Below are positions 18,275-26,766 of a stretch of DNA of 64,000 nt, one piece after another. The notes below the pieces were generated by a model. The model was not told the origin of the DNA and ran no database searches. It saw only the letters and a list, made by a program, of their open reading frames with translations. Made by a program: the position numbers and the translations under genes. Every line of letters starts with the position of its first letter. The first letter of the stretch is position 1. Source of the DNA: Chitinophagales bacterium (GTDB lineage Bacteria > Bacteroidota > Bacteroidia > Chitinophagales > CAIOSU01); contig JAWXCB010000031.1 of NCBI GenBank assembly GCA_034440455.1, positions 5,157-69,156 of the forward strand. The letters run 5' to 3'.

Positions 18275-18312
18275 AGTCGTAAGTTTTAAGTTGTAAGTCA
18301 TAAGTTTTAAGT
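18275..18312 (+). repeat. Heptamer-phased array D (AGT-N4 x6)
   Basis: AGTcgta AGTttta AGTtgta AGTcata AGTttta AGT. It begins at the nucleotide directly after the ung stop codon. It is an inverted counterpart of array A (cttaaaActtacgact versus cttaaaGcttacgact). Confidence 0.8.
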
Positions 18313-18350
18313 GGAGGAATTGAATCTACTCTATGCAATGCGAGATAGCT

Positions 18351-18387
18351 CGGACTCCTTCTCCTTTGGAGAAGGGCGGGATGAGGC
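18351..18387 (+). repeat. REP-like palindromic element, copy 3 (short form)
   Basis: cggactccttctcctttggagaagggcgggatgaggc, with hairpin ccttctcc/ggagaagg followed by gggatgagg. Confidence 0.65.
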
Positions 18388-18412
18388 TAAATTATTTCCT
18401 TAACTTTTCATC

Positions 18413-19321
18413 ATGTCTTTTGCTGAACAATTACAAACCTTCAGCGCGTATTTCTCGCCTGGGCTCTATACGTTTGGTATCTCAGCAATCATTCTTGAAA
18501 CAATCGTATTTGCTCTGCAACGCAAATCGCGCGACAAGAAATCGCGCTGGCTTGGCATTGCATGTGGCGCGCTTTCATTTGGTGGCGGGTATGTTTTTTA
18601 TACGCTTGTGATGTTTGGCGTACAAAGTTGGGTGTATCAATACCGAATTTTCGATTTGGGTTTTGCGTGGTATGCGTGGGTGATTTGTTTCTTCATCAAT
18701 GATATTCTGTTTTACATCTCGCACCGCCTGCAACATGAAATACGTTTCTTCTGGTGTGTGCATGTCGTGCATCATTCACCAAAGCATTATGACCTCACCA
18801 CCGGCATTCGCGGCAGTATGTTTGACGCGTTGTTTCATTTTCCGTTTTTCTTTTGGATTCCACTACTCGGCATTCATCCGCTTATTTACATCATTCTCGA
18901 CACCGGTTTCAAATTCATCGGGCTGGCGTATCACACGGAGTTTGTGCAAAAGCTCGGATTACTGGATAAAATTTTGGTAACGCCTTCCAATCATCGTGTG
19001 CATCACGGCTCTGATGTAAAATATCTCGACCGCAACTATGGCGGCTTTTTTATTTTCTGGGATAAATTTTTTCACAGCTATCAACCGGAAGAAGAAAAAC
19101 CTGCGTATGGCATTCGCAAAAACTGGCACGGTTACAACATCATTGATTGCCAGTTGCACGAATTCGCTGACTTATGGAAGGATGTAAAAGCCGCTCCTGC
19201 TTTCAAAGACAAGCTGCGGTATCTATATATGCCTCCGGGCTGGAAGCATGACGGCACGGGGAAAACATCGGAGGAATTGCGCCTTTCACTCCATGCCGCA
19301 TCTCAAATTCCGCCCGCTTAA
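18413..19321 (+). CDS. Fatty acid hydroxylase / sterol desaturase superfamily membrane protein
   Basis: Three histidine boxes (HRLQH, HVVHH, HRVHH) and several TM helices. Confidence 0.8.
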   Translation: MSFAEQLQTFSAYFSPGLYTFGISAIILETIVFALQRKSRDKKSRWLGIACGALSFGGGYVFYTLVMFGVQSWVYQYRIFDLGFAWYAWVICFFINDILFYISHRLQHEIRFFWCVHVVHHSPKHYDLTTGIRGSMFDALFHFPFFFWIPLLGIHPLIYIILDTGFKFIGLAYHTEFVQKLGLLDKILVTPSNHRVHHGSDVKYLDRNYGGFFIFWDKFFHSYQPEEEKPAYGIRKNWHGYNIIDCQLHEFADLWKDVKAAPAFKDKLRYLYMPPGWKHDGTGKTSEELRLSLHAASQIPPA

Positions 19322-19338
19322 AGTTTATCTTTACAGCT

Positions 19339-20655
19339 ATGGAAATTCTGTTTCTTCTAATTGGATTAGTTATCGGCTGTGCGCTTGCATGGCTATTCCT
19401 ACGCTCAAAATTCACAGAGGAAATTGGCAGGCTTTCGGAGAGAAATAACCTTCTATCGGATAATCAGGAAGCAACTTCAAACCAATTAGAAAAAGAGCGT
19501 CAGCAATCACGCGCTGCCGAAAATGAATTGGCTAAGATGACGGTATCCTATGAAAATCTGCAAACGAAGTTGAGTGAACAAAAAAAAGAGGTAGAACTCT
19601 TGCAGGAAAAATTCAAGATTGAATTTCAAAACATCGCAAATCAACTGCTCGAAGATAAAAGCAAAAAATTCACGGAGCAGAACAAGCAAAACATGGATGA
19701 AATCCTGAGTCCGCTGAAAGAAAGGCTGAAAGATTTTGAAAAGAAAGTGGACGATACGCACAAGGAAACATTACTGAAAAATGAAGGGTTGATTCACCAG
19801 ATAAAAAATCTCAAAGAACTGAATCAGCAGATGAGCGAGGAAGCGCGCAACCTCACCCGCGCATTGAAAGGCGACACAAAAGCGCAAGGCACTTGGGGCG
19901 AAGTGATTCTTGAAAGCATCCTTGAAAAATCAGGCTTGACAAAGGGGCGCGAATATACCGTGCAGGCAAGTTTTCTTACAGAAGACGGAAGACGCGTACA
20001 GCCCGATGTGATTATTAACCTGCCGGAAGGAAAAAAAGTCATCATTGACTCAAAGGTGTCGTTGGTTGATTATGAAAAATTTACTTCCAATGAGAATGAA
20101 ACAGAGAAGCAATTGCATTTACGCGCGCATGTGCAGTCGGTGAGAAGACATATCAAATTACTCAGCGAAAAAAATTACCAAAACATCTATGACGCAAGTC
20201 CCGACTTCGTGCTGATGTTTATTCCGATTGAGCCTGCATTCGGGCTTGCGCTGCAAACCGACAACACGCTTTTTCAAGAGGCGCTCGAAAAAAATATTGT
20301 CGTTATCAGTCCGACTACGTTGCTTGCTACACTGCGCACCATCGCCTCCATGTGGAAGCAAGAGTATCAAAATCAAAACGTGCGCGAGATCGCAAGGCAG
20401 GCAGGTTCGCTCTACGACAAGTTTGTAAGCCTGCTGAGTGATTTGGAAGATATTGGCAAGCGCATCAAATCTTCGCAGGATGCTTATGCAGACGCGATGA
20501 CCAAACTCACCGGAAAAGATAACCTGCTGCGCAAAGTAGAACGTCTGAAAGAATTAGGCGCGGAAAGCAGCAAAACGATTCCGCAGAAGTGGCTTGATAA
20601 AGCTGAAACAGAGAAAGGTGAAGAGGAAAAGTTGCCGCTGAAAGAGTTGTTTTAA
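19339..20655 (+). CDS. rmuC: DNA recombination protein RmuC
   Basis: N-terminal TM helix, a long coiled-coil, and a C-terminal nuclease-like core (PDVIINLPEGKKVIIDSKVSL, FVLMFIPIEPAF) typical of RmuC. Confidence 0.85.
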   Translation: MEILFLLIGLVIGCALAWLFLRSKFTEEIGRLSERNNLLSDNQEATSNQLEKERQQSRAAENELAKMTVSYENLQTKLSEQKKEVELLQEKFKIEFQNIANQLLEDKSKKFTEQNKQNMDEILSPLKERLKDFEKKVDDTHKETLLKNEGLIHQIKNLKELNQQMSEEARNLTRALKGDTKAQGTWGEVILESILEKSGLTKGREYTVQASFLTEDGRRVQPDVIINLPEGKKVIIDSKVSLVDYEKFTSNENETEKQLHLRAHVQSVRRHIKLLSEKNYQNIYDASPDFVLMFIPIEPAFGLALQTDNTLFQEALEKNIVVISPTTLLATLRTIASMWKQEYQNQNVREIARQAGSLYDKFVSLLSDLEDIGKRIKSSQDAYADAMTKLTGKDNLLRKVERLKELGAESSKTIPQKWLDKAETEKGEEEKLPLKELF

Positions 20656-20656
20656 T

Positions 20657-20689
20657 TTTCTCTGCGTCTTTGCGCCTCTGCGTGAAATT
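20657..20689 (-). repeat. AATTTCACGCAGAG / GCAGAG-octamer element, copy 2
   Basis: The reverse strand reads aatttcacGCAGAGgcGCAAAGacGCAGAGaaaa. It lies between the convergent stops of rmuC (20655) and aroE (20692). Confidence 0.6.
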
Positions 20690-20691
20690 TC

Positions 20692-21429
20692 TCAAAACGA
20701 ATTCCAAATCTTCCACGCTTCCTCTGCCTGAAGCGCTAACATTTCAGAACCGTTTTTAGTAGTTGCGCCTTTCTCCTTCCCACTTTTCAAGAATATTGTT
20801 TCCTCAGGGTTGTAAATCAAATCGAACAGCAGATGCTGCTCACCAAGAAATTGATAAGGAATTTCAGGCGCGTTTGAAACATCTGGAAACATCCCGACCG
20901 GTGTGGTGTTGATGAGGAGCGTATGTTCATTCAATAACGATTCGTTGACTGCATCATACCCGATTTCATTCTCCTCAAAAGGGTTTCTCGAAACGATTAA
21001 ATATTCAATTCCCAATTTTTCCAGCGCATATTTTACAGCAAGCGAAGAACCGCCTGTGCCAAGTATCAGCGCTTTTTTATGCGAAGGTTTTAACAGCGGA
21101 ATCAGTGAGCGAGTGAAGCCGATATAATCCGTGTTGAAGCCTTTCAACTTGCCGGAAGAAATCTTGATGGTGTTCACCGCGCCAATTTCCAGAGCATCAT
21201 CACTCAATTCATCCAGATAACGAATCACCGCTTCCTTGTAAGGGATTGTAACATTCAGCCCGCGCAAATCAGGATTTTCAGCAACAACATTTCGGAGCAA
21301 ATCAATTTTCGGGAGTTCAAAGTTTTCATACACCGTTTCATTGATGAACTCAGTCGCAAATTTCTCCGTGAAATATTTTTTTGAAAAAGAATGCCCGAGC
21401 GGGTTGCCGATTAAACCGAATTTTCTCAT
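20692..21429 (-). CDS. aroE: Shikimate dehydrogenase
   Basis: N-terminal FGLIGNPLGHSFSKKYF motif, Rossmann glycine motif ILGTGGSS, length 245 aa. Confidence 0.85.
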   Translation of the reverse strand: MRKFGLIGNPLGHSFSKKYFTEKFATEFINETVYENFELPKIDLLRNVVAENPDLRGLNVTIPYKEAVIRYLDELSDDALEIGAVNTIKISSGKLKGFNTDYIGFTRSLIPLLKPSHKKALILGTGGSSLAVKYALEKLGIEYLIVSRNPFEENEIGYDAVNESLLNEHTLLINTTPVGMFPDVSNAPEIPYQFLGEQHLLFDLIYNPEETIFLKSGKEKGATTKNGSEMLALQAEEAWKIWNSF

Positions 21430-21481
21430 GCGGTAAAAATAGTATTGTCTTTTTAACGAGCGCTGTTATGATAAAAAATCA

Positions 21482-21551
21482 TCCCCCTGCAAACGCTCAA
21501 AGCACACCCGCACCCCTTTCGCCTGTACGCAATCCTCACGCACAAGGGGGA
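21482..21551. repeat. Degenerate REP-like palindromic element (copy 4, divergent)
   Basis: tccccct (21482-21488) pairs with aggggga (21545-21551). The interior contains cacccgcacccctttcgcc and cctcacgc, which resemble the cctcacccc/ccctctcc parts of the family. Confidence 0.4.
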
Positions 21552-21561
21552 CATTAACGCA

Positions 21562-21592
21562 ACTGAAAACCGTAAACTGTAAACAGAAAACT
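21562..21592. repeat. Heptamer-phased array G (ACN-N4 x5)
   Basis: ACTgaaa ACCgtaa ACTgtaa ACAgaaa ACT. It ends 13 nt downstream (minus-strand sense) of the TPR gene stop codon. Confidence 0.65.
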
Positions 21593-21605
21593 TTTCGTCT
21601 GCCTA

Positions 21606-23090
21606 CTAACTGCGATATTGATTCACCACCTGCTGCACGGCTAACTCCTTCTCCATGTTCGGAGCGATTTCAAAAACGATGGGGTGCATCTTGTAATCCA
21701 AGAGCAGCGCTTTTTCAAAATTCAGCAGCGATTCTTTTTTATTTCCAATAAGGAAATAGTAAGCGCTCTTCACGTAGAAAATGTCTGCCGGGTCATCGAA
21801 TTGCTCGCAGGCATCATCCAGCACAGTGAAAGAATCGCGGTGCATGCCCGCCTCAAGCAGCGTACGCGCCAGCGCCAGCCATGCCTCGCGCGATTCGGGG
21901 CGAATGTCAATCGCTTTTGCAAACGATTCAATCGCAGAGTCCAAATTGCCTAATTCATAGTAGGAATCAGCAAGCACCTCAATGTAATCAGGGTCATCAT
22001 CTTTCAACTTGCAGGCGCGTTCGAGCGAAGTGAGCGCGTTGCTCCACTTCTGCTCCGCGTGGTAGCACAAGCCGATACGGAAAAACGCAGGATGAAAATT
22101 CGGGTCCATATTCACCGCCTTGCGGTAGTAGTTGCGCGCCATCGCGTATTCTTCCAAACATTCGTAGCACTCGCCAATGTTGTACAGAATTTCTTTTGTG
22201 GGACGCGCTACTTCAAAGCTGCTTTTGTAATATTCAATCGCCTTGCGGTAGTTCTCCATGCGGAACAACACGTCACCGCAATCTTTGTAGGCGTATTCGC
22301 TTTTCTCATTAATGGCTAACACGAAATCAAAAGCATCTACTGCATTTTCATAATCGCCCAAGCCGGAATACGCATGTCCAAGGTTGAACCACGCGCGGTG
22401 ATTGTAAGGCTCGCGGTCAATCAGCATTTTATGAAAGTCAACGCTCTCCTGATATTTTTCAATGAACTCTACGCAAAACCACATGCGGTTCAGCGCTTCT
22501 TCGCTATTCGGGTCAAATTCAAGTGTTTTTTTCAGACAGTCAAATACCTGCTCATACTTTTCCCATTCTTCATACACGTCTGCAAGCTCAAGATATAGGT
22601 CGGGCATGTCGTCTTTCTCTCCAATCGTCATTGCATATTCTACTGTGGCAACCGCTCTCTTGAAATCTTCCATCCACACGTAAATATCTGCGCGGAGTAA
22701 ATGAATCTGCATGTCTTTCGGGTCAAACACCTCCGCTTTCTCCAAAACTTCCAGCGCCTGGTCGAATTGCTTGACGTCAAAAAAGAACTGTGCCTTTTTC
22801 ACTAAGAAGTATGAGGAGTAGGGATATTGCTCAATAGCGATGCTGACGATTTTTGACGCCTTCTCGCTTTTCTTTTTCAATTCATAGTAATCAATCAGTT
22901 GCTCAAAGGAGGCTTCGTCTAAAAAGAGTTGCGCGTTATTGCGCTCGGTTTCTTCATAGTGCGCAACTAAGTCAGTCACATCCCGATAATCATCAAAAGG
23001 GTTTTTTTCAGACATACACAGTGGGTTCGAGCGGTGAAAGTATCGGCTAAAAGTACCAAATTCAATTTTATTTTTGTCTTGCACCTTCAA
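21606..23090 (-). CDS. Tetratricopeptide (TPR) repeat protein
   Basis: Repeated 34-aa A..Y..AL..DP-type units run through the 494-aa product (for example AIEYYKSSFEVARPT, ARNYYRKAVNMDPNF). Confidence 0.8.
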   Translation of the reverse strand: MKVQDKNKIEFGTFSRYFHRSNPLCMSEKNPFDDYRDVTDLVAHYEETERNNAQLFLDEASFEQLIDYYELKKKSEKASKIVSIAIEQYPYSSYFLVKKAQFFFDVKQFDQALEVLEKAEVFDPKDMQIHLLRADIYVWMEDFKRAVATVEYAMTIGEKDDMPDLYLELADVYEEWEKYEQVFDCLKKTLEFDPNSEEALNRMWFCVEFIEKYQESVDFHKMLIDREPYNHRAWFNLGHAYSGLGDYENAVDAFDFVLAINEKSEYAYKDCGDVLFRMENYRKAIEYYKSSFEVARPTKEILYNIGECYECLEEYAMARNYYRKAVNMDPNFHPAFFRIGLCYHAEQKWSNALTSLERACKLKDDDPDYIEVLADSYYELGNLDSAIESFAKAIDIRPESREAWLALARTLLEAGMHRDSFTVLDDACEQFDDPADIFYVKSAYYFLIGNKKESLLNFEKALLLDYKMHPIVFEIAPNMEKELAVQQVVNQYRS

Positions 23091-23126
23091 TAATAATTAT
23101 TTCACAGTATTTCCAAAACTATTCAG

Positions 23127-26100
23127 GTGAGCAAGTCATTTCGCCCATTATTTTCCACATTCTTCTTGACACTTTTTTGCGGCTTATTGTGCGCACAAAC
23201 CTACTGGCAGCAAGCGGTTGACTATAAAATCAATGTTTCGCTTGACGATAAAAAACATGAATTGACAGGGAATCTTGAAGTCGTTTACACGAATAACTCA
23301 CCGGATACCCTTTCCTTTATCTGGTTTCACTTGTGGCCCAACGCTTACAAAAATCTGAACACCGCATTTGCCCAACAGCAGCTTGAAAACCGCAGCACGG
23401 AGTTTTATTTCTCAAAACCTGAGCAGCGCGGGTATATTGATAGTCTTGATTTTAAATCAGGTGGTCAAAAGCTCGAATGGAAATTGGATTCAGCAAAAAT
23501 TGACATCTGCAAAGTGCTGTTGCCGCAGCCATTGAAAAGTGGTGAACGCATTACGATTAGCACACCGTTTCACGTAAAAATCCCCGCAAGTTTTTCACGC
23601 CTCGGGCATGTGGCACAGTCGTATCAAATCACGCAGTGGTATCCCAAGCCGGCAGTGTATAATAAGAACGGCTGGCATCCGATGTCCTATTTAGACCAAG
23701 GGGAATTTTATTCAGAGTTCGGCTCGTTTGATGTGCAGATTACACTTCCAAAAAATTATGTGGTTGCGGCTTCGGGCAATTTGCAAAACGAAGAGGAGTT
23801 GGCATGGCTGACTGAATTGGCAGAGAAAACAAGCAAAATAGAATCGTTTGAAAACGCGCGTGATTTTCCAGCCTCAGATTCTACGTTAAAAACCCTGCGC
23901 TATAAATTGGAAAACGCGCACGACTTCGCATGGTTTGCCGACAAGCGTTATCATGTTTTGAAAGGTGAAGTTGAATTGCCCAATTCAAAACGAAAAGTTA
24001 CTACGTGGGCAATGTTCACCAACATTGACGCAAAGCTGTGGAAGAACAGCTTGGAATATCTGCATGATGCTACGCTGTATTATTCAAAATGGATTGGCGA
24101 TTATCAATATGACCAAGTAACAGCCGTAGAAGGCGCTTTGAGCGCGGGCGGTGGAATGGAATACCCGACAATCACCATTATAGGTGGAACGAATAATGCG
24201 CTTGACTTGGAAACGGTGATTATGCACGAAGTGGGACATAACTGGTTTTACGGAATCCTTGGCACGAATGAGCGCGACCACGCATGGATGGATGAAGGCA
24301 TCAATTCGTTTTACGAGATGCGCTACCTCTACACGAAATATCCGGGCAGAAAATGGCCCGATGGATTCAATGCAGAGAAACTCCGCAAGCTTTTTGACAT
24401 GGAGGATTACACGCTGAAATTTCAAAACGAGTTGTTCTACCTCTTCAATGCGCGTCAGCATCTTGACCAGCCTTCCGAATTGCCTTCGCAAGATTTTACT
24501 TCGCTGAACTATGGCGCTATTGTGTATGGAAAAACTGCGCTGCTCTTTGATCATTTGAAAGCTTATCTCGGTGACAGCCTGTTTGACAGCGTGATGCAGA
24601 AGTATTTTTCGGAATGGAAATTCAAACATCCGCAACCCGAAGACTTACGCGCATTATTTGAAGCGTACACCGGAAAAAATCTCACATGGTTTTTTGACGA
24701 CCTCATCGCCACTTCGCAGAAATTAGATTACAAGATTGCTGCTGTCAAAAAAGACAAAGCAAATAACATTCACACGCTCCATGTCGCAAACAAAACGGGT
24801 ATTGCAGCGCCCATAGCTGTTTCAGCAATCCGAAAAGATACCGTTGCGAAAACTATTTGGCTGGAAGGATTTGAAGGCGAAAAGGAAATCGAAATCGTTA
24901 ATGACAATTACGAGCAATACCGCATTGATTTCGATAGAACTACAACAGAGTTCAACCGCAAAAACAATAACTATCGCTTGCGTGGATTGATGCATAAAGC
25001 TGAACGGCTGCGCTTTCAGTTTCTCGGCAGCCTGGAAAATCCCACGAAAGCGCAATTATTTTTCAGTCCGGCTGTGGGCTGGAATAATTATGACAAAACA
25101 CTCATCGGCTTTGCCTTCTACAATCACTTCCTGCCTTTTAAAGAATTGGAGTTTGAATTAGTGCCCATGTTCGGCACAGGCTCTGTGCAGTTTGCCGGCA
25201 TCGGCAGGGTTGCCTATACGTTTTATACGAAGGGCAGCAAAGTACACAACGTAAACCTGAGCATTGGCGGTAGACGATTTAGTTACGACCTCGTCCCTGA
25301 AGTGCTGAACTATAACAAAATTCAACCTGTACTCACGCTTACCTTCCGCAAAAAATATGCGCGCAGTCCGGTGGACAAATCCCTCTCGTTCCGACACATT
25401 CATATTTGGCAGGATTTCCGGGAATACAATCGAACAGAACTGGTTTTGGAAAATACAGTCTCAAAATACTTTGTGAATGAAGTGGCTTTCAATCTGGAAA
25501 ACACCCGTGTTATCAATCCCTTTCGCGCAAACATCACGGTGCAGCAGGGAAAAGATTTTGTGCGCTCGTTTGCCGAATTCAACTACAAACTCACTTACAA
25601 CAAAAAGAACAAAGGATTACACGTTCGTTTGTTTGCGGGCGGGTTTCTGTGGAACGACCGCGAGTCAGGCGTTGTTCCTGACGCGCGTTTTCGCATGAAC
25701 TTCGGCACAGGCAGAGAACAGTTTCAAAAAGACTTTTTGTTTGATGAATATTTCTTCGGAAGAAATGAAACTGAAATATTTTCGTCACAACAAATCGTCA
25801 CGAAAGAAGGCGGATTCCGCTCGCGCAACAGTTTCGGGCAAACCGACAAGTGGCTTGCCACCATTCACTTGAATTCCACAATTCCAGGGAAAATTCCCAT
25901 CAGACCTTACACCACAATCGGCATGTTCGGTCAGGAAAACGCAGGCTTCAATCTCGCTTATGAATTGGGTTTAGCATTCGTAATCATACCCGATATGTTT
26001 GAAATCTACTTCCCGCTCGTTTCCATCGTGCAGGATAAAGTTGCAGGCACACAAAAATGGTATGTGGGCTTTGATAAAAATGATACGGACAATCTGTACT

Positions 26101-26189
26101 ACAGAGAAAAATACTGGGGCTTAATCACGTTTCAATTCAACATTAAAAAGATGAACCCGTTTGAGGTGGTGAGAAAAGCGCAGTTTTGA
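23127..26189 (+). CDS. M1-family zinc metallopeptidase (aminopeptidase N-like), secreted
   Basis: HEXXH-18-E motif (VIMHEVGHNWFYG ... WMDEGINSF). Signal peptide. GTG start in the track. Confidence 0.85.
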   Translation: MSKSFRPLFSTFFLTLFCGLLCAQTYWQQAVDYKINVSLDDKKHELTGNLEVVYTNNSPDTLSFIWFHLWPNAYKNLNTAFAQQQLENRSTEFYFSKPEQRGYIDSLDFKSGGQKLEWKLDSAKIDICKVLLPQPLKSGERITISTPFHVKIPASFSRLGHVAQSYQITQWYPKPAVYNKNGWHPMSYLDQGEFYSEFGSFDVQITLPKNYVVAASGNLQNEEELAWLTELAEKTSKIESFENARDFPASDSTLKTLRYKLENAHDFAWFADKRYHVLKGEVELPNSKRKVTTWAMFTNIDAKLWKNSLEYLHDATLYYSKWIGDYQYDQVTAVEGALSAGGGMEYPTITIIGGTNNALDLETVIMHEVGHNWFYGILGTNERDHAWMDEGINSFYEMRYLYTKYPGRKWPDGFNAEKLRKLFDMEDYTLKFQNELFYLFNARQHLDQPSELPSQDFTSLNYGAIVYGKTALLFDHLKAYLGDSLFDSVMQKYFSEWKFKHPQPEDLRALFEAYTGKNLTWFFDDLIATSQKLDYKIAAVKKDKANNIHTLHVANKTGIAAPIAVSAIRKDTVAKTIWLEGFEGEKEIEIVNDNYEQYRIDFDRTTTEFNRKNNNYRLRGLMHKAERLRFQFLGSLENPTKAQLFFSPAVGWNNYDKTLIGFAFYNHFLPFKELEFELVPMFGTGSVQFAGIGRVAYTFYTKGSKVHNVNLSIGGRRFSYDLVPEVLNYNKIQPVLTLTFRKKYARSPVDKSLSFRHIHIWQDFREYNRTELVLENTVSKYFVNEVAFNLENTRVINPFRANITVQQGKDFVRSFAEFNYKLTYNKKNKGLHVRLFAGGFLWNDRESGVVPDARFRMNFGTGREQFQKDFLFDEYFFGRNETEIFSSQQIVTKEGGFRSRNSFGQTDKWLATIHLNSTIPGKIPIRPYTTIGMFGQENAGFNLAYELGLAFVIIPDMFEIYFPLVSIVQDKVAGTQKWYVGFDKNDTDNLYYREKYWGLITFQFNIKKMNPFEVVRKAQF

Positions 26190-26246
26190 AAGAAGCCGCA
26201 ATTCAGATAATGCCCGCTGAATCCTAATTTTGATTGAAACACATTT

Positions 26247-26450
26247 TTGATGACCTATCTTGTTGAAATAGAAGAGCCTACTGAATCAAAACCGCTTATT
26301 GAACACCTGCGTACGCTGAAGTATGTAAGAATGAAAAAGGCAGACCATAAATCAGAAGCAGCGGAAATCATCAAAGCGATACGTAAATCTGAAAGAAGCG
26401 GAAAAATAAAATGGAGTGACGCAAAAAGAAAGATTGCGTCATGGAAATAG
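26247..26450 (+). CDS. Putative antitoxin of a type II TA pair
   Basis: 67-aa ORF overlapping the downstream ParE/RelE-like ORF by 10 nt. The call rests on position and size only. Confidence 0.5.
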   Translation: MMTYLVEIEEPTESKPLIEHLRTLKYVRMKKADHKSEAAEIIKAIRKSERSGKIKWSDAKRKIASWK

Positions 26451-26752
26451 TTATTACCGAACATGCGCTGCAAACAGTACAAGCCGAGTTTAATTATTTG
26501 AAAAAGTTTGCTTCAGAGAACATTGCGCATCAATTCAAAAAAATGTTTGTACAACAAGTTGACGCTATTCTTCCCTTTTATTTGAACCATCCTGAATGCA
26601 GGTTTCTGTCTACTGAAAATAAAATCTACAGGAATATTGCTTGGGGCAATTTCCTCCTTGTTTACACGATTTTGAAGAAAGAAATACTTGTGCTTGGAAT
26701 ATTTCACTCAAAACAAGACCCCAAAAAATTAAAATCTAACCGCAGTTTATAA
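26441..26752 (+). CDS. Type II toxin, RelE/ParE family
   Basis: 103 aa. C-terminal pattern YRNIAWGNFLLVYTILKKEILVLGIFHSKQDP resembles the ParE/RelE fold signature (Y R . . . . . . . . . Y . . . . . . I . . . . I . H . . . D). Confidence 0.65.
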   Translation: MEIVITEHALQTVQAEFNYLKKFASENIAHQFKKMFVQQVDAILPFYLNHPECRFLSTENKIYRNIAWGNFLLVYTILKKEILVLGIFHSKQDPKKLKSNRSL

Positions 26753-26766
26753 AATAAACTTCCATC

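Noticed and set aside
17308-18312. Inverted arrays A and D bracketing tRNA-Arg and ung as the ends of a mobile element or integration site
   Set aside because: No integrase, transposase or excisionase lies in or beside the segment. There is no duplicated tRNA 3' end acting as an att site. The cargo is a core tRNA plus core repair gene. I report the arrays as repeats at gene ends instead.
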